DNA of 64,000 nt from Minisyncoccota bacterium (GCA_035541435.1 DATKNL010000012.1:70498-134497), one strand, 5' to 3'; shown: positions 50,510-58,219, counted from the stretch's first letter. Numbers and translations are program-made. The notes: generated from the letters alone by a model not told the origin.

Positions 50510-51274
50510 TCAGATTTCCTTGTGGTTGAAGATCCAGATGCCGGCGACAAGGAGCAGGGTCGCATAGACGGCCGCATACGCGACGGCCAGCACGAACGTC
50601 GATGCCGGCAGGGCGATCGCGTGCACCGCGAAATCCCTGATGTCGAACTTCTCGAGGTTCGGGAATATATAATAGAGGGCCTGCACGAGCCGGTATTTCA
50701 GCCCCGTGATGTGGATGGCCTGCGCGTCGGCCACGAGGGCGCTCACGATATGGCCGGCGAAGAAGACCGCCGAGGTATAGACGATCGAGAGGAGCGATGT
50801 CGAGAACGTCGAGACGAACGTCGCGAACGCGATGAAGAGCACCATTTCGACGTATTGAAGCGCGATCGCCACGATGCCCATCACGTCGAACCCTCCTCCC
50901 TCGTACCCGATCACGCCGAGATAGGCGACCATGAAGATCGCCGTCGTCGCGAGCAGGACGAGGCAGAGGCCGAGGAACTTGCCGAGCAGGAACTGCGCGC
51001 GGGTGACCGGCTTCGACAGGACGAAATAGACCACCTTGCGGTCCACGTCCTTGAAGAACGACGTGGTGCCGAGGAAAAGCGCGAGAATCGCGTTGAAGAA
51101 ATAGGTTCCCGCGAGGGCGAAGCTCTTCACCATCGGCAGCTCTTTCAATACGAGGTCCGCAAGGAAGAGCGACGACAGCATATAGAGGACGGCGAAAACG
51201 ATGATCGCGTACAGGATCTTCTCGCGGACTTCGAGCTTGAACGTGTTTTTGGCGACGACCCAGATGTTACGCAT
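50510..51274 (-). CDS. ABC-2 type transporter permease
   Basis: 254 aa; six hydrophobic helices; overlaps ATPase gene by 8 nt. Confidence 0.7.
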   Translation of the reverse strand: MRNIWVVAKNTFKLEVREKILYAIIVFAVLYMLSSLFLADLVLKELPMVKSFALAGTYFFNAILALFLGTTSFFKDVDRKVVYFVLSKPVTRAQFLLGKFLGLCLVLLATTAIFMVAYLGVIGYEGGGFDVMGIVAIALQYVEMVLFIAFATFVSTFSTSLLSIVYTSAVFFAGHIVSALVADAQAIHITGLKYRLVQALYYIFPNLEKFDIRDFAVHAIALPASTFVLAVAYAAVYATLLLVAGIWIFNHKEI

Positions 51275-52022
51275 GGCTTACGGCGTGCTCACGCCCATGA
51301 TGGTTCGCGGCCTTTTTCCCTTCGTGCTCCATGAGCATGTTCGTAAACGCCTCCTCGAGGGACGTCCCGTGCGCGAACCCCTTGACCGTGCCGGCATAGA
51401 GCAGGTTGCCCGCGTGGATGATGCCGACTTCGTCGCACATCTCCTCGACGTCGTAAAGGATGTGGGTGTTGAGGAATATCTTCTTCCCCTCCTTCTTGAG
51501 GCCGAGCATCACCTCTTTCATCTCGCGCCGGCCGAGCGGGTCAAGGCCGTCAAGCGGCTCGTCGAGGAAGACGTATTGCGGATCGTTGACGAGCGCCTGC
51601 GCGAACGCCAGACGCTGGCGCATGCCTTTCGAATAGGTCCTGATCTCGAAGTTGCGTGCATCGCGAAGGCCGACGCTCGTGAGCAGCTTCTCATAATGGG
51701 CCTTCTTGTCGGACGTCTTTTCGAACAGCTCGTCGGCGAACGTCAGGAATTCCATGCCGGTCATGCGTTCGTGGAAGTACGGCGTCTCGGGCATGAAGCC
51801 CATCTTCTTCTTCGAGACCGTATCGGTCGACGGGATGCCGTCGACGAGGATCGAGCCGCTCGTCGGCGCAAGCAGGCCGACCGTCATCTTCATGATCGTG
51901 GTCTTGCCGGCGCCGTTCTGCCCGAGGAACCCGAAGATGGGGACGTCGACCTTCAGGGAAAAGTCGTTCACCGCGCTTTTCCTCTTCTTATAGGTCTTCG
52001 TGACGTGCGAAAATTCAACCAT
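51267..52022 (-). CDS. ABC transporter ATP-binding protein
   Basis: 251 aa; Walker A GQNGAGKTT, signature YSKGMRQRLAFAQAL, Walker B VFLDEPLDGLD. Confidence 0.85.
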   Translation of the reverse strand: MVEFSHVTKTYKKRKSAVNDFSLKVDVPIFGFLGQNGAGKTTIMKMTVGLLAPTSGSILVDGIPSTDTVSKKKMGFMPETPYFHERMTGMEFLTFADELFEKTSDKKAHYEKLLTSVGLRDARNFEIRTYSKGMRQRLAFAQALVNDPQYVFLDEPLDGLDPLGRREMKEVMLGLKKEGKKIFLNTHILYDVEEMCDEVGIIHAGNLLYAGTVKGFAHGTSLEEAFTNMLMEHEGKKAANHHGREHAVSHA

Positions 52023-52079
52023 ATGGCATCTATTGTACCAAAACGGCCTTTTGAGACAACTCTCGACTTTGTTCCCGTG

Positions 52080-53198
52080 TTAACTGATGATGCCGCCGCC
52101 AAGCATTTCGCCGCTTTCATCATAAAAAACCGCCGACTGGCCGGGTGCGACGAACTTCTGCGGCTCGTCGAAGCTCAGCGTCCATGAGCCGCCGCCCGAA
52201 GCAAGCGTCGCCCGCGCCAGGGGCTGCCGGTAACGCACGCGCGCAAAGACGGTCGACGGCCCGCCGGCCGGCCGCGTCTTTTCAAAAGATGAAGGATTCA
52301 TTAAATGAAGGTTGACAAGGGTGATGTCCTTCTTGAACAGCTCCTCATGATCGCTCCCTTCGGCCAGCACGACCGTGTTCGTCGCGGCATCCTTGCGGGC
52401 GACATAAAACGGGGCGCGATTCCGGTTCCCCTGCTTCGGGAACGCGAAGTCGGCGTCGATGTGCCGCTGGCCGATCGTATAGAATTCCGCCCCGGCATGC
52501 TCGCCGACGCGCCGACCGTCCGTCGTGACGAGTTCGCCGCGGCGTTCGGAGATGTGGGCCTTCAGGAAGTCGGCGATCGAGACCTGCCCGATGAAGCAGA
52601 TGCCCTGCGAATCCTTCTTGTCGGCCGTAGGCAGGCCCGCGGCACGCGCCATCGCGCGCACGTCGGCCTTGCGGTAGTCGCCGATCGGAAAGAGACAGTG
52701 CCGCAGCTCGTCCTGTCCCAGCGTCCACAGGAAATAGGACTGGTCCTTGTTCTCGTCCTCGGCCGCGGCCAAGGCATAGGTCGGCGTTCCCTGCGGGCCG
52801 TCCCCGCGCTCGACGAGCCTCACGTAATGCCCGGTCGCCACGAAGTCCGCTCCGGCGGCGAGCGCCTTCTCGAGAAACAGGCCGAACTTGATCTCGCGGT
52901 TGCACATCACGTCGGGATTCGGCGTGATGCCTGCCCGGTAGCCTTCGATCATATAGTCCACGACGCGCCGCTTGTAGGCCTCTTCGAAATCCCAGACATA
53001 GAACGGGATGCCGAGGCGCTCGGCGACGCGGCGGGCGTCCTCGGCGTCGCGCTCGGCGCATCCGGCGACGTTGTAGCAGCGCATGAACACGCCCACGGTT
53101 TCATAGCCGCGGTCCCTCATGAGCATCGCCGTGACGGAACTGTCCACCCCGCCCGACATGCCGACGAATACTTTTTTTCGCGTACCAGTCACGGGCAT
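52080..53198 (-). CDS. mnmA: tRNA-specific 2-thiouridylase MnmA
   Basis: C-terminal 372 aa of track ORF 52080..53549, starting MPVTGTRKKVFVGMSGGVDSS (PP-loop SGGxDS); N-terminal extension rejected. Confidence 0.9.
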   Translation of the reverse strand: MPVTGTRKKVFVGMSGGVDSSVTAMLMRDRGYETVGVFMRCYNVAGCAERDAEDARRVAERLGIPFYVWDFEEAYKRRVVDYMIEGYRAGITPNPDVMCNREIKFGLFLEKALAAGADFVATGHYVRLVERGDGPQGTPTYALAAAEDENKDQSYFLWTLGQDELRHCLFPIGDYRKADVRAMARAAGLPTADKKDSQGICFIGQVSIADFLKAHISERRGELVTTDGRRVGEHAGAEFYTIGQRHIDADFAFPKQGNRNRAPFYVARKDAATNTVVLAEGSDHEELFKKDITLVNLHLMNPSSFEKTRPAGGPSTVFARVRYRQPLARATLASGGGSWTLSFDEPQKFVAPGQSAVFYDESGEMLGGGIIS

Positions 53199-53227
53199 GG
53201 AACGACCGCCTTTCGACGGCTCGAGAA

Positions 53228-53791
53228 TCAGACGCGTTCGACGTACTCCCCGGTCTGCGTGTTGATGCGGATCGTCTCGCCCTCGTTTACGAAGAGCGGC
53301 ACGTTCACCTTCGCGCCCCCTTCGATCGTCACGGACTTCGTTCCGCCCTGGGCGGTGTTGCCCTTGATCGAGGGCGGCGCCTCGGTCACCTTGAACTCCA
53401 TCTTGATCGGAATCTCGACGTTGATCACCTTGTCGTTGAAGATCATCGTCTGCACTTTCGTGTTCGGCTTCAGAAACCGGCCCTGCTCGCCGACAAGCTC
53501 CTCGCTCAGCGAAAAGCGGTTTTTCGGATTGCCCTCCTCGTGGAACCAATATTCGCCGCGGCTCGCATAGATGAACGTGGCGTTCTTCTTCGTGATCTCG
53601 GCCTCTTCGAACGAATCGCTCGCCTGAAAGTTGCGGTCCAAAAGCTTGCCCGTGATCAGGTTGCGGATCCGGGTCTGCACGACCGCCTTGCGCTGCTGCA
53701 TGCGCAGGAAGTGGGTCTCGATCACCTCGTACGGCGAGCCGTCCATGATGAAGAGCACTCCCTTGGTCAAATCGGTATAGGCGAGGGCCAT
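53228..53791 (-). CDS. efp: Elongation factor P
   Basis: Track ORF trimmed to MALAYTDLTKGVLFIMDGSPYEV; KOW-like N-domain and OB domains. Confidence 0.85.
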   Translation of the reverse strand: MALAYTDLTKGVLFIMDGSPYEVIETHFLRMQQRKAVVQTRIRNLITGKLLDRNFQASDSFEEAEITKKNATFIYASRGEYWFHEEGNPKNRFSLSEELVGEQGRFLKPNTKVQTMIFNDKVINVEIPIKMEFKVTEAPPSIKGNTAQGGTKSVTIEGGAKVNVPLFVNEGETIRINTQTGEYVERV

Positions 53792-53830
53792 AACGGAACC
53801 ATTGTAGCCCAACACGTCGTCGATTGCAAC

Positions 53831-53862
53831 AAAAAAAAGATCGCCCGTCGTGACGGGCGATC
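53831..53862 (-). terminator. Rho-independent terminator (GATCGCCCG stem, U8 tract) after KH-domain gene
   Basis: Plus strand aaaaaaaagatcgcccgtcgtgacgggcgatc; on minus strand hairpin followed by T8. Confidence 0.6.
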
Positions 53863-53882
53863 TTTCGGGCGGCTGTCGCTCA

Positions 53883-54194
53883 CTACTGCTCGCTTTCCGA
53901 AGCGGCAGGATGATCGCGACGCTCGCCGCGGGTCGAGCCTTCGGGTTCCTCGATCTTAAGGTTGACGCGGGCGTTGTTCTTGACGCCGACGATCCGCAAA
54001 AGCGACCGGATGGCCTTCGCAGTCGCGCCCTGACGGCCGACCACCTGGCCCATGTCCATCGGATTCACGTGAAGCGAGAGCAGGACCCCCATTTCGTCGA
54101 CCTTGCGGTCGACCTTCACGTCCTCTGGATGGTCGACGAGCGACTTTACCAGGTATTCAAGGAACTCCTGATCGGCTGAAGAAGAATTCGACAT
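53883..54194 (-). CDS. KH-domain RNA-binding protein (KhpA/YlqC-like)
   Basis: 103 aa; KH motif MGQVVGRQGATAKAIRSLL; conserved position next to rpsP. Confidence 0.7.
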   Translation of the reverse strand: MSNSSSADQEFLEYLVKSLVDHPEDVKVDRKVDEMGVLLSLHVNPMDMGQVVGRQGATAKAIRSLLRIVGVKNNARVNLKIEEPEGSTRGERRDHPAASESEQ

Positions 54195-54300
54195 GGAATT
54201 TCGGTGTTTCGAGCGACCTTTCCAATCTTCTGGATGGTAAGGAAATTATATCTTATTTAATTAAAACTGTCAACGTTTTCTGCGCTGTTCCCTTCACTAT

Positions 54301-54681
54301 CTACGCTTCAGGACCCGCTTCGGTTGCATCTGCGGCTGCATCCGCCGGAACCGCTTTCTCGTCGGCCGTCGCCGCCGCTTCGGCCGAAGCCTCTGCCGCG
54401 GGGGCTGCCGGGGCGGCTTTTGGCATCTTGACCGCCTTCTTCGGAGCTGAAACGATCCCCTGGGCAACGAGCAGGTTGTGCACCGAAACCGTCGGCTGGG
54501 CGCCAACGTTCATCCAATAGAGGATCCGCTCCTTATTGACGGCGGCGGCCTTCGTGAAGGGATTGTACGAACCAAGGTCCTCCACGGGCGGCGCAGCCAT
54601 TTTGGAGCGGCGTTCGGCAACCACGAACCGATAGCTCGGCTGGTGCTTCTTCCCGATGCGCTGCAATTTGATAGCCAACAT
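54301..54681 (-). CDS. rpsP: 30S ribosomal protein S16 with Ala-rich C-terminal extension
   Basis: 126 aa; MLAIKLQRIGKKHQPSYRFVVAE N-terminus is diagnostic. Confidence 0.9.
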   Translation of the reverse strand: MLAIKLQRIGKKHQPSYRFVVAERRSKMAAPPVEDLGSYNPFTKAAAVNKERILYWMNVGAQPTVSVHNLLVAQGIVSAPKKAVKMPKAAPAAPAAEASAEAAATADEKAVPADAAADATEAGPEA

Positions 54682-54688
54682 GCCTAAC

Positions 54689-54718
54689 AGTATACGCGAA
54701 CCATGGCCGTTTCGTCAA
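54689..54718 (-). promoter_or_regulatory. Promoter TTGACG-N18-TATACT ending 7 nt before rpsP ATG (leaderless)
   Basis: Reverse complement reads ttgacgaaacggccatggttcgcgtatact gttaggca ATG. Confidence 0.45.
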
Positions 54719-54732
54719 CCCTCGTTTCGTGA

Positions 54733-54771
54733 TTCTTTAATGAAAATTCCGGCGCGTAAACGCCGGAATTT
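54733..54771 (-). terminator. Rho-independent terminator (11-bp stem AAATTCCGGCG) after membrane protein gene
   Basis: aaattccggcgcgtaaacgccggaattt read directly; T-rich tract follows on minus strand. Confidence 0.5.
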
Positions 54772-54801
54772 CCGCTGCGATCCGGGGACCGAAACGCCGC
54801 G

Positions 54802-55485
54802 TCAGCGGTTTTCGGTATGCTCCCGAAGGCGCCCGATCAGATGGGACGCATAGTCCCGTCCGCCGAGCCCGAACGCCAGGCCTCCCGCGAGGGCGAGCAT
54901 GGCGATGAATCCCGTCACCAAGGTCTGGATGATCTCGGCGGCGATATTGAGCTGCTGGAGCGCCGCGAGCAGTCCGAAGATGACGACGGCCCACCACGTG
55001 AGCGATCCGAGGAAGCGGGCCGCATTGAGGCGCGCGCTCATGACCGAGGCCACAACGACCCTGCGCAGGAAGTTGCCGAGCACGACCGCGGCGAGCATGA
55101 TAAGCACCGCGGCGATCACGTTCGGAAGGTAATTGAGGACGTTCGTCAGGAAGACCGAAAGCGCGTAGAGGCCGACCGTCTGCACGACGGCAAGCAGGAA
55201 CGCGATGACGACGAACCAATAGACGAGCCTGCCCAGGAAATACGACGCGCGGAGCCTGATGCCGGCCCGCTCGAAGATCGGCTTCAGGCCGAGCTTCTCG
55301 AGGAACCCGTCAAGCCGGAGCCCGTCGAAGATCTTCTCGACGAGGGCGCCGAGTCCCGCGGCCACCACGAGGCCGATGATGAGGACGAAGATTGCGCCGA
55401 TCAGGTTCGGAACGAAGTTCACGAAGCCGACCCACAGGTTCTGAAGCGATCCCACGATCACATCCGTCCAATTCTGCACAATCAT
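54802..55485 (-). CDS. Integral membrane protein (MscS-like TM-helix repeats, no soluble domain)
   Basis: 227 aa, at least four TM helices; weak resemblance to conserved TM helix repeats of mechanosensitive channel family. Confidence 0.5.
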   Translation of the reverse strand: MIVQNWTDVIVGSLQNLWVGFVNFVPNLIGAIFVLIIGLVVAAGLGALVEKIFDGLRLDGFLEKLGLKPIFERAGIRLRASYFLGRLVYWFVVIAFLLAVVQTVGLYALSVFLTNVLNYLPNVIAAVLIMLAAVVLGNFLRRVVVASVMSARLNAARFLGSLTWWAVVIFGLLAALQQLNIAAEIIQTLVTGFIAMLALAGGLAFGLGGRDYASHLIGRLREHTENR

Positions 55486-55544
55486 GTTGTTGTTAAAGGT
55501 AAAATCCGCTGCTTCGACCTTTTATTACATTATAGCAAACAGCC

Positions 55545-55574
55545 TTGCCGTCCCCTGCGGGTCGCTGGTATAGT
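55545..55574 (+). promoter_or_regulatory. Promoter TTGCCG-N18-TATAGT upstream of the membrane-anchored wHTH-like gene
   Basis: Read directly; AAGGAGG SD 6 nt before GTG. Confidence 0.4.
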
Positions 55575-55604
55575 GCAAATAGGACGTTTACAAGGAGGTT
55601 TCAC

Positions 55605-55919
55605 GTGTTCGCTACCCTGTTCTGGACGTTCATTGCCATATTGTCCGTCGTCATGCTCTTCGCCGGGCTCTCTTATAAGAACCAGCAGGCACAGCGCAAG
55701 ATCCTGAAGACGCTGCGCGACTCGGCCGACGAAGGCGAGTGGCTTACGGCAACGGACATCAGCGCCAAAACCAGTCTCGAACCCACCTTTGTTTTTGGGG
55801 TTTTATCCGACCTCGAAAACAAGGGCGAGATCCGAGGAGAGGAATCCGTACCGATACCGGATCGCCGCTTCACCATCAGGAAATTTCCGCTCAGAGCCTC
55901 CCGCTCCTGTGCTTCATAA
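55605..55919 (+). CDS. Small membrane-anchored protein with winged-helix-like C-terminal domain (GTG start)
   Basis: VFATLFWTFIAILSVVMLFAGL TM then LKTLRDSADEGEWLTATDISAKTSLEPTFVFGVLSDLENKGEI; strong SD AAGGAGG. Confidence 0.5.
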   Translation: MFATLFWTFIAILSVVMLFAGLSYKNQQAQRKILKTLRDSADEGEWLTATDISAKTSLEPTFVFGVLSDLENKGEIRGEESVPIPDRRFTIRKFPLRASRSCAS

Positions 55920-55955
55920 GCGCAGCGCGGGCGGCGGACCCTTCTCTTCTATAAC

Positions 55956-55983
55956 CGCTCGCACCCCGCGCGCGGTTTTTTTC
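55956..55983 (+). terminator. Rho-independent terminator CCGCTCGC-ACCCC-GCGCGCGG + T7
   Basis: Read directly. Confidence 0.55.
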
Positions 55984-56008
55984 GTCATCAAATCGATCGT
56001 GCAACGCA

Positions 56009-56036
56009 TTGACATCTTTCGGCCGTTTTCTAGAGT
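56009..56036 (+). promoter_or_regulatory. Cassette-1 promoter TTGACA-N16-TAGAGT (homologous to cassette-2 promoter)
   Basis: gcattgacatctttcggccgttttctagagt vs gcattgacatccatagtcggttttctagaat. Confidence 0.55.
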
Positions 56037-56058
56037 GAAGGGAGCGTGGAGGATATTT

Positions 56059-56199
56059 ATGGATGCTTGGCTTGCGGAAGTTCTTCAGGAAGCCCACGAA
56101 GAAGTGGAAAAATGGCCTTCGTGGCGTAGAGATCCAGAATTCGCGAATGAGCGAACGCCCGAGCTAAATTCCAGCGAACTGGAACGAGTCGCCAACTAA
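56059..56199 (+). CDS. Micro-ORF 1 (46 aa, acidic): MDAWLAEVLQEAHEEVEKWPSWRRDPEFANERTPELNSSELERVAN
   Basis: GGAGG SD 6 nt upstream, own promoter and terminator; below the ORF-track length cutoff. Confidence 0.4.
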   Translation: MDAWLAEVLQEAHEEVEKWPSWRRDPEFANERTPELNSSELERVAN

Positions 56200-56203
56200 C
56201 CAA

Positions 56204-56245
56204 CCCCTCTGAGGATTGAATCCGCGGAGGGGCTTTTCTTTTTTG
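56204..56245 (+). terminator. Terminator T1 CCCCTCTG...CGCGGAGGGG + CTTTTCTTTTTT (homologous to T2)
   Basis: Read directly. Confidence 0.55.
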
Positions 56246-56390
56246 AAAGCAGCTGAGCCTTGTTAAAAAATCGTCGTGTGGACCATCTAAGCGGATGGAT
56301 CGAACGTGGGAAGCGCTGATATGATTGCTTCTCAAAGCAAACGTTTGTTACGAGTGAAGGATTGCGCTGAGGTAGTCCCGCCGCATGGAA

Positions 56391-56414
56391 AACCCCACCG
56401 TATCAGGTGGGGTT
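56391..56414. terminator. Hairpin AACCCCACC-N6-GGTGGGGTT overlapping stop codon of HTH gene
   Basis: Read directly; weak U-tracts on both strands. Confidence 0.35.
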
Positions 56415-56696
56415 TGTTTTGGGCCGTTTCTTGGTTTCTACGTTTCTTGCGAGGAACCGCTCCGCGGTCTCGGCCGTAAAATCGATCTCGAGAGTCGCGG
56501 AGATTGCCCGGTGGACCTCCTTCGCGTTGAACAGGGTCTTGCCGTTCGGGGCGGTCAGGGGCTTGAGTTCTGCGAGCGGTGGGGGCCACGGCGATTCGCC
56601 GGCGACCCATCTCTGCAGCGTGCGCAGGCAGACGCCGAGCAGTGCCGCCGTCTCCTCGCAGGAATAGAACGCGAGGTCGTCGCCGTATTTCAGCAT
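56403..56696 (-). CDS. Excisionase/AlpA/MerR-type HTH (HTH_17-like) DNA-binding protein
   Basis: 97 aa; YSCEETAALLGVCLRTLQRWVAGE matches excisionase-family HTH. Confidence 0.6.
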   Translation of the reverse strand: MLKYGDDLAFYSCEETAALLGVCLRTLQRWVAGESPWPPPLAELKPLTAPNGKTLFNAKEVHRAISATLEIDFTAETAERFLARNVETKKRPKTNPT

Positions 56697-56766
56697 GGGA
56701 TTCCTTTGGTGGAGGGCTGGCTAGACTATATGGCGCGAAACGATATGTGTCCAGGCTGCGGGTGCA

Positions 56767-56794
56767 TTGACATCCATAGTCGGTTTTCTAGAAT
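56767..56794 (+). promoter_or_regulatory. Cassette-2 promoter TTGACA-N16-TAGAAT; -10 overlaps palindrome TTCTAGAA
   Basis: Read directly. Confidence 0.55.
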
Positions 56795-56816
56795 AAGTAA
56801 AGCATAAGGGGGACAA

Positions 56817-56993
56817 ATGCGAACTACGCTTATCGCGTTTCGAACCATAAAGCGTCTGCCGAAGCCGTCGATGGAAGGCAATTCTGTTTATACGCTTGGC
56901 AAGAAAAAGCCCAGCAGCGAGTTGACGCCTCTCGACGTTCCGCCGGGAATGGACCCGGACGATTTCGCCCTCGATTCATGAGTGCGAGTTAGT
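56817..56993 (+). CDS. Micro-ORF 2 (58 aa, basic): MRTTLIAFRTIKRLPKPSMEGNSVYTLGKKKPSSELTPLDVPAGNGPGRFRPRFMSAS
   Basis: AAGGGGG SD 4 nt upstream; own promoter and terminator; weak SSEL similarity to micro-ORF 1. Confidence 0.35.
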
Positions 56994-57004
56994 GCATTCC
57001 TAAC

Positions 57005-57043
57005 CCTCTGCAGGCAAAATCTGCGGAGGGATTTTCTTTTTTA
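57005..57043 (+). terminator. Terminator T2 CCCTCTGCAG-N7-CTGCGGAGGG + ATTTTCTTTTTT
   Basis: Read directly. Confidence 0.55.
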
Positions 57044-57054
57044 AGCTTCGGTTG

Positions 57055-57090
57055 AAAAAATTCCCTGCATAGAGTTCTATGCAGGGAATG
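57055..57090 (-). terminator. Terminator: 14-bp perfect inverted repeat ATTCCCTGCATAGA / TCTATGCAGGGAAT with U6 on minus strand
   Basis: Read directly; convergent with T2. Confidence 0.55.
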
Positions 57091-57093
57091 GTC

Positions 57094-57834
57094 CTATCGG
57101 GCAAAAACCCAAGGGGTTTTACTGCGGATAGAGTTAAGTTCGCCGAGGAAACAAGCCCCAAGAGATGGCTGCCCCCTCTGATGGTTGAGTACGAGAATCA
57201 CCGACCTGGGCCGCCGATAGATCTTGATTGGGCTCATCCCGACATAAACGTACGATGCGGTGCCCGCGTTGAGCGTGGGCTGTTCGGGGTATTGGAGTCT
57301 CAGGAAGGGCACCACCTCGGCCGGGACCGGCTTCAGGCCGTGCGCCGCCGCGGCTTCGTGGACCGTCTTGCCGTTCGTGTACTCCTTCGTAATGCCGAGC
57401 TCGGCCGGGAAAGCGAGCACGCACTCCGCGCTCATTGGACGGTCGAAGCTGAGCGTCGCGAGCGCATGTCTGGCCCGTCCATAGACGAGGAAGCCTTGAG
57501 CCAGGAGTTCGGCGACGAGCTCCTCGCCGGAGCCGCGCACCTGCGTGCGCACCGTCTTCCAGACCGGAAACGGCGGCCGCTGCGGATCAACCGCCACGGG
57601 GATCCAACACGGCTCTCTGCGGAGGAATTTCTCGAATTCTCCTCCCCAGGCCTCGGCATCGTCTCCCAGCAGGTTGGTCACGAGTTGCTTGAACGCCCCG
57701 TCGAAGCGGCAAAGCGTCTCACCGATCACGCTTTTCATGGTCAGCGCTACCTTTCTGCCGGGGACTACGATCCGTAGCCGCAGCCGCAAAACTCCGATGG
57801 GGGCTTTGTGGCTGCGGCCAGAACCCGCTGGCAA
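57094..57834 (-). CDS. Hypothetical protein (214-246 aa depending on start)
   Basis: Track ORF; driven by consensus promoter at 57898-57926; no family recognised. Confidence 0.5.
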   Translation of the reverse strand: MPAGSGRSHKAPIGVLRLRLRIVVPGRKVALTMKSVIGETLCRFDGAFKQLVTNLLGDDAEAWGGEFEKFLRREPCWIPVAVDPQRPPFPVWKTVRTQVRGSGEELVAELLAQGFLVYGRARHALATLSFDRPMSAECVLAFPAELGITKEYTNGKTVHEAAAAHGLKPVPAEVVPFLRLQYPEQPTLNAGTASYVYVGMSPIKIYRRPRSVILVLNHQRGQPSLGACFLGELNSIRSKTPWVFAR

Positions 57835-57897
57835 CCTAGAGCGCTCGCCTCGAACGACTTATTTGTAGGGAAAATAAACCAACGATGAACTGTGCAA

Positions 57898-57926
57898 ATT
57901 ATATCGCATAACGATATATTTGTCAA
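57898..57926 (-). promoter_or_regulatory. Perfect-consensus sigma70 promoter TTGACA-N17-TATAAT
   Basis: Reverse complement reads ttgacaaatatatcgttatgcgatataat. Confidence 0.55.
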
Positions 57927-58001
57927 ATAACTTTCGGCTGGACGTCGGACTGGCCGCAGTCTGCGCGGTCGTGTTTTGATTTATGGTTCGATTTCCGCCG
58001 G

Positions 58002-58072
58002 TGGACCCAGGGAGAATCGGACTCCCGCCTCCGCAATGCGAATGCGGCGTAATACCACTTTACTATGGGCCC
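58002..58072 (-). tRNA. tRNA-Ala (anticodon CGC), slightly atypical T-loop (C at position 55)
   Basis: Reverse complement: acceptor GGGCCCA/TGGGTCC with G3:U70, D-arm GTAA-AGTGGTA-TTAC, anticodon stem CCGCA/TGCGG loop TTCGCAT, T-arm GGGAG-TCCGATT-CTCCC. Confidence 0.55.
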
Positions 58073-58081
58073 GAGTGAGGC

Positions 58082-58219
58082 AAAAATGAATGGTTCTTAA
58101 CTATTCATTTTTGACGAGCGAGGGCACAGGCGGCGAAGCCGCCGGGGCCCGAAGAACAAACAACACATTATCTTCCACGAGCGAGGGCACAGGCGGCGAA
58201 GCCGCCGGGGCCCGAAGAA
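58082..58219. repeat. AT-rich hairpin (AAAAATGAAT-N11-ATTCATTTTT) followed by two identical 43-bp direct repeats (acgagcgagggcacaggcggcgaagccgccggggcccgaagaa) spaced by 20 bp, each forming a GC hairpin
   Basis: Units at ~58114-58156 and ~58177-58219 are identical base for base. Confidence 0.7.

Larger units (their letters stand above)
55920..58001. mobile_element. Low-GC (~50%) islet abutting 3' end of tRNA-Ala(CGC): possible degraded integrative element (no integrase present)
   Basis: Compositional contrast with ~68% GC flanks; contains Xis/AlpA-like HTH gene, duplicated promoter-microORF-terminator cassettes, three near-consensus AT-rich promoters. Confidence 0.35.

Noticed and set aside
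56323-56480. 52-aa hydrophobic ORF (MIASQSKRLLRVKDCAEVVPPHGKPHRIRWGLFWAVSWFLRFL...) antisense to the 3' end of the HTH gene, reminiscent of a type I toxin
   Set aside because: It has no convincing promoter of its own. It overlaps a protein-coding gene rather than an sRNA and runs through a terminator hairpin. It is kept only as a speculative note.
58114-58219. Possible CRISPR array
   Set aside because: There are only two repeat copies. The repeat (43 bp) is longer than the spacer (20 bp), there is no leader, and there are no cas genes in the window.
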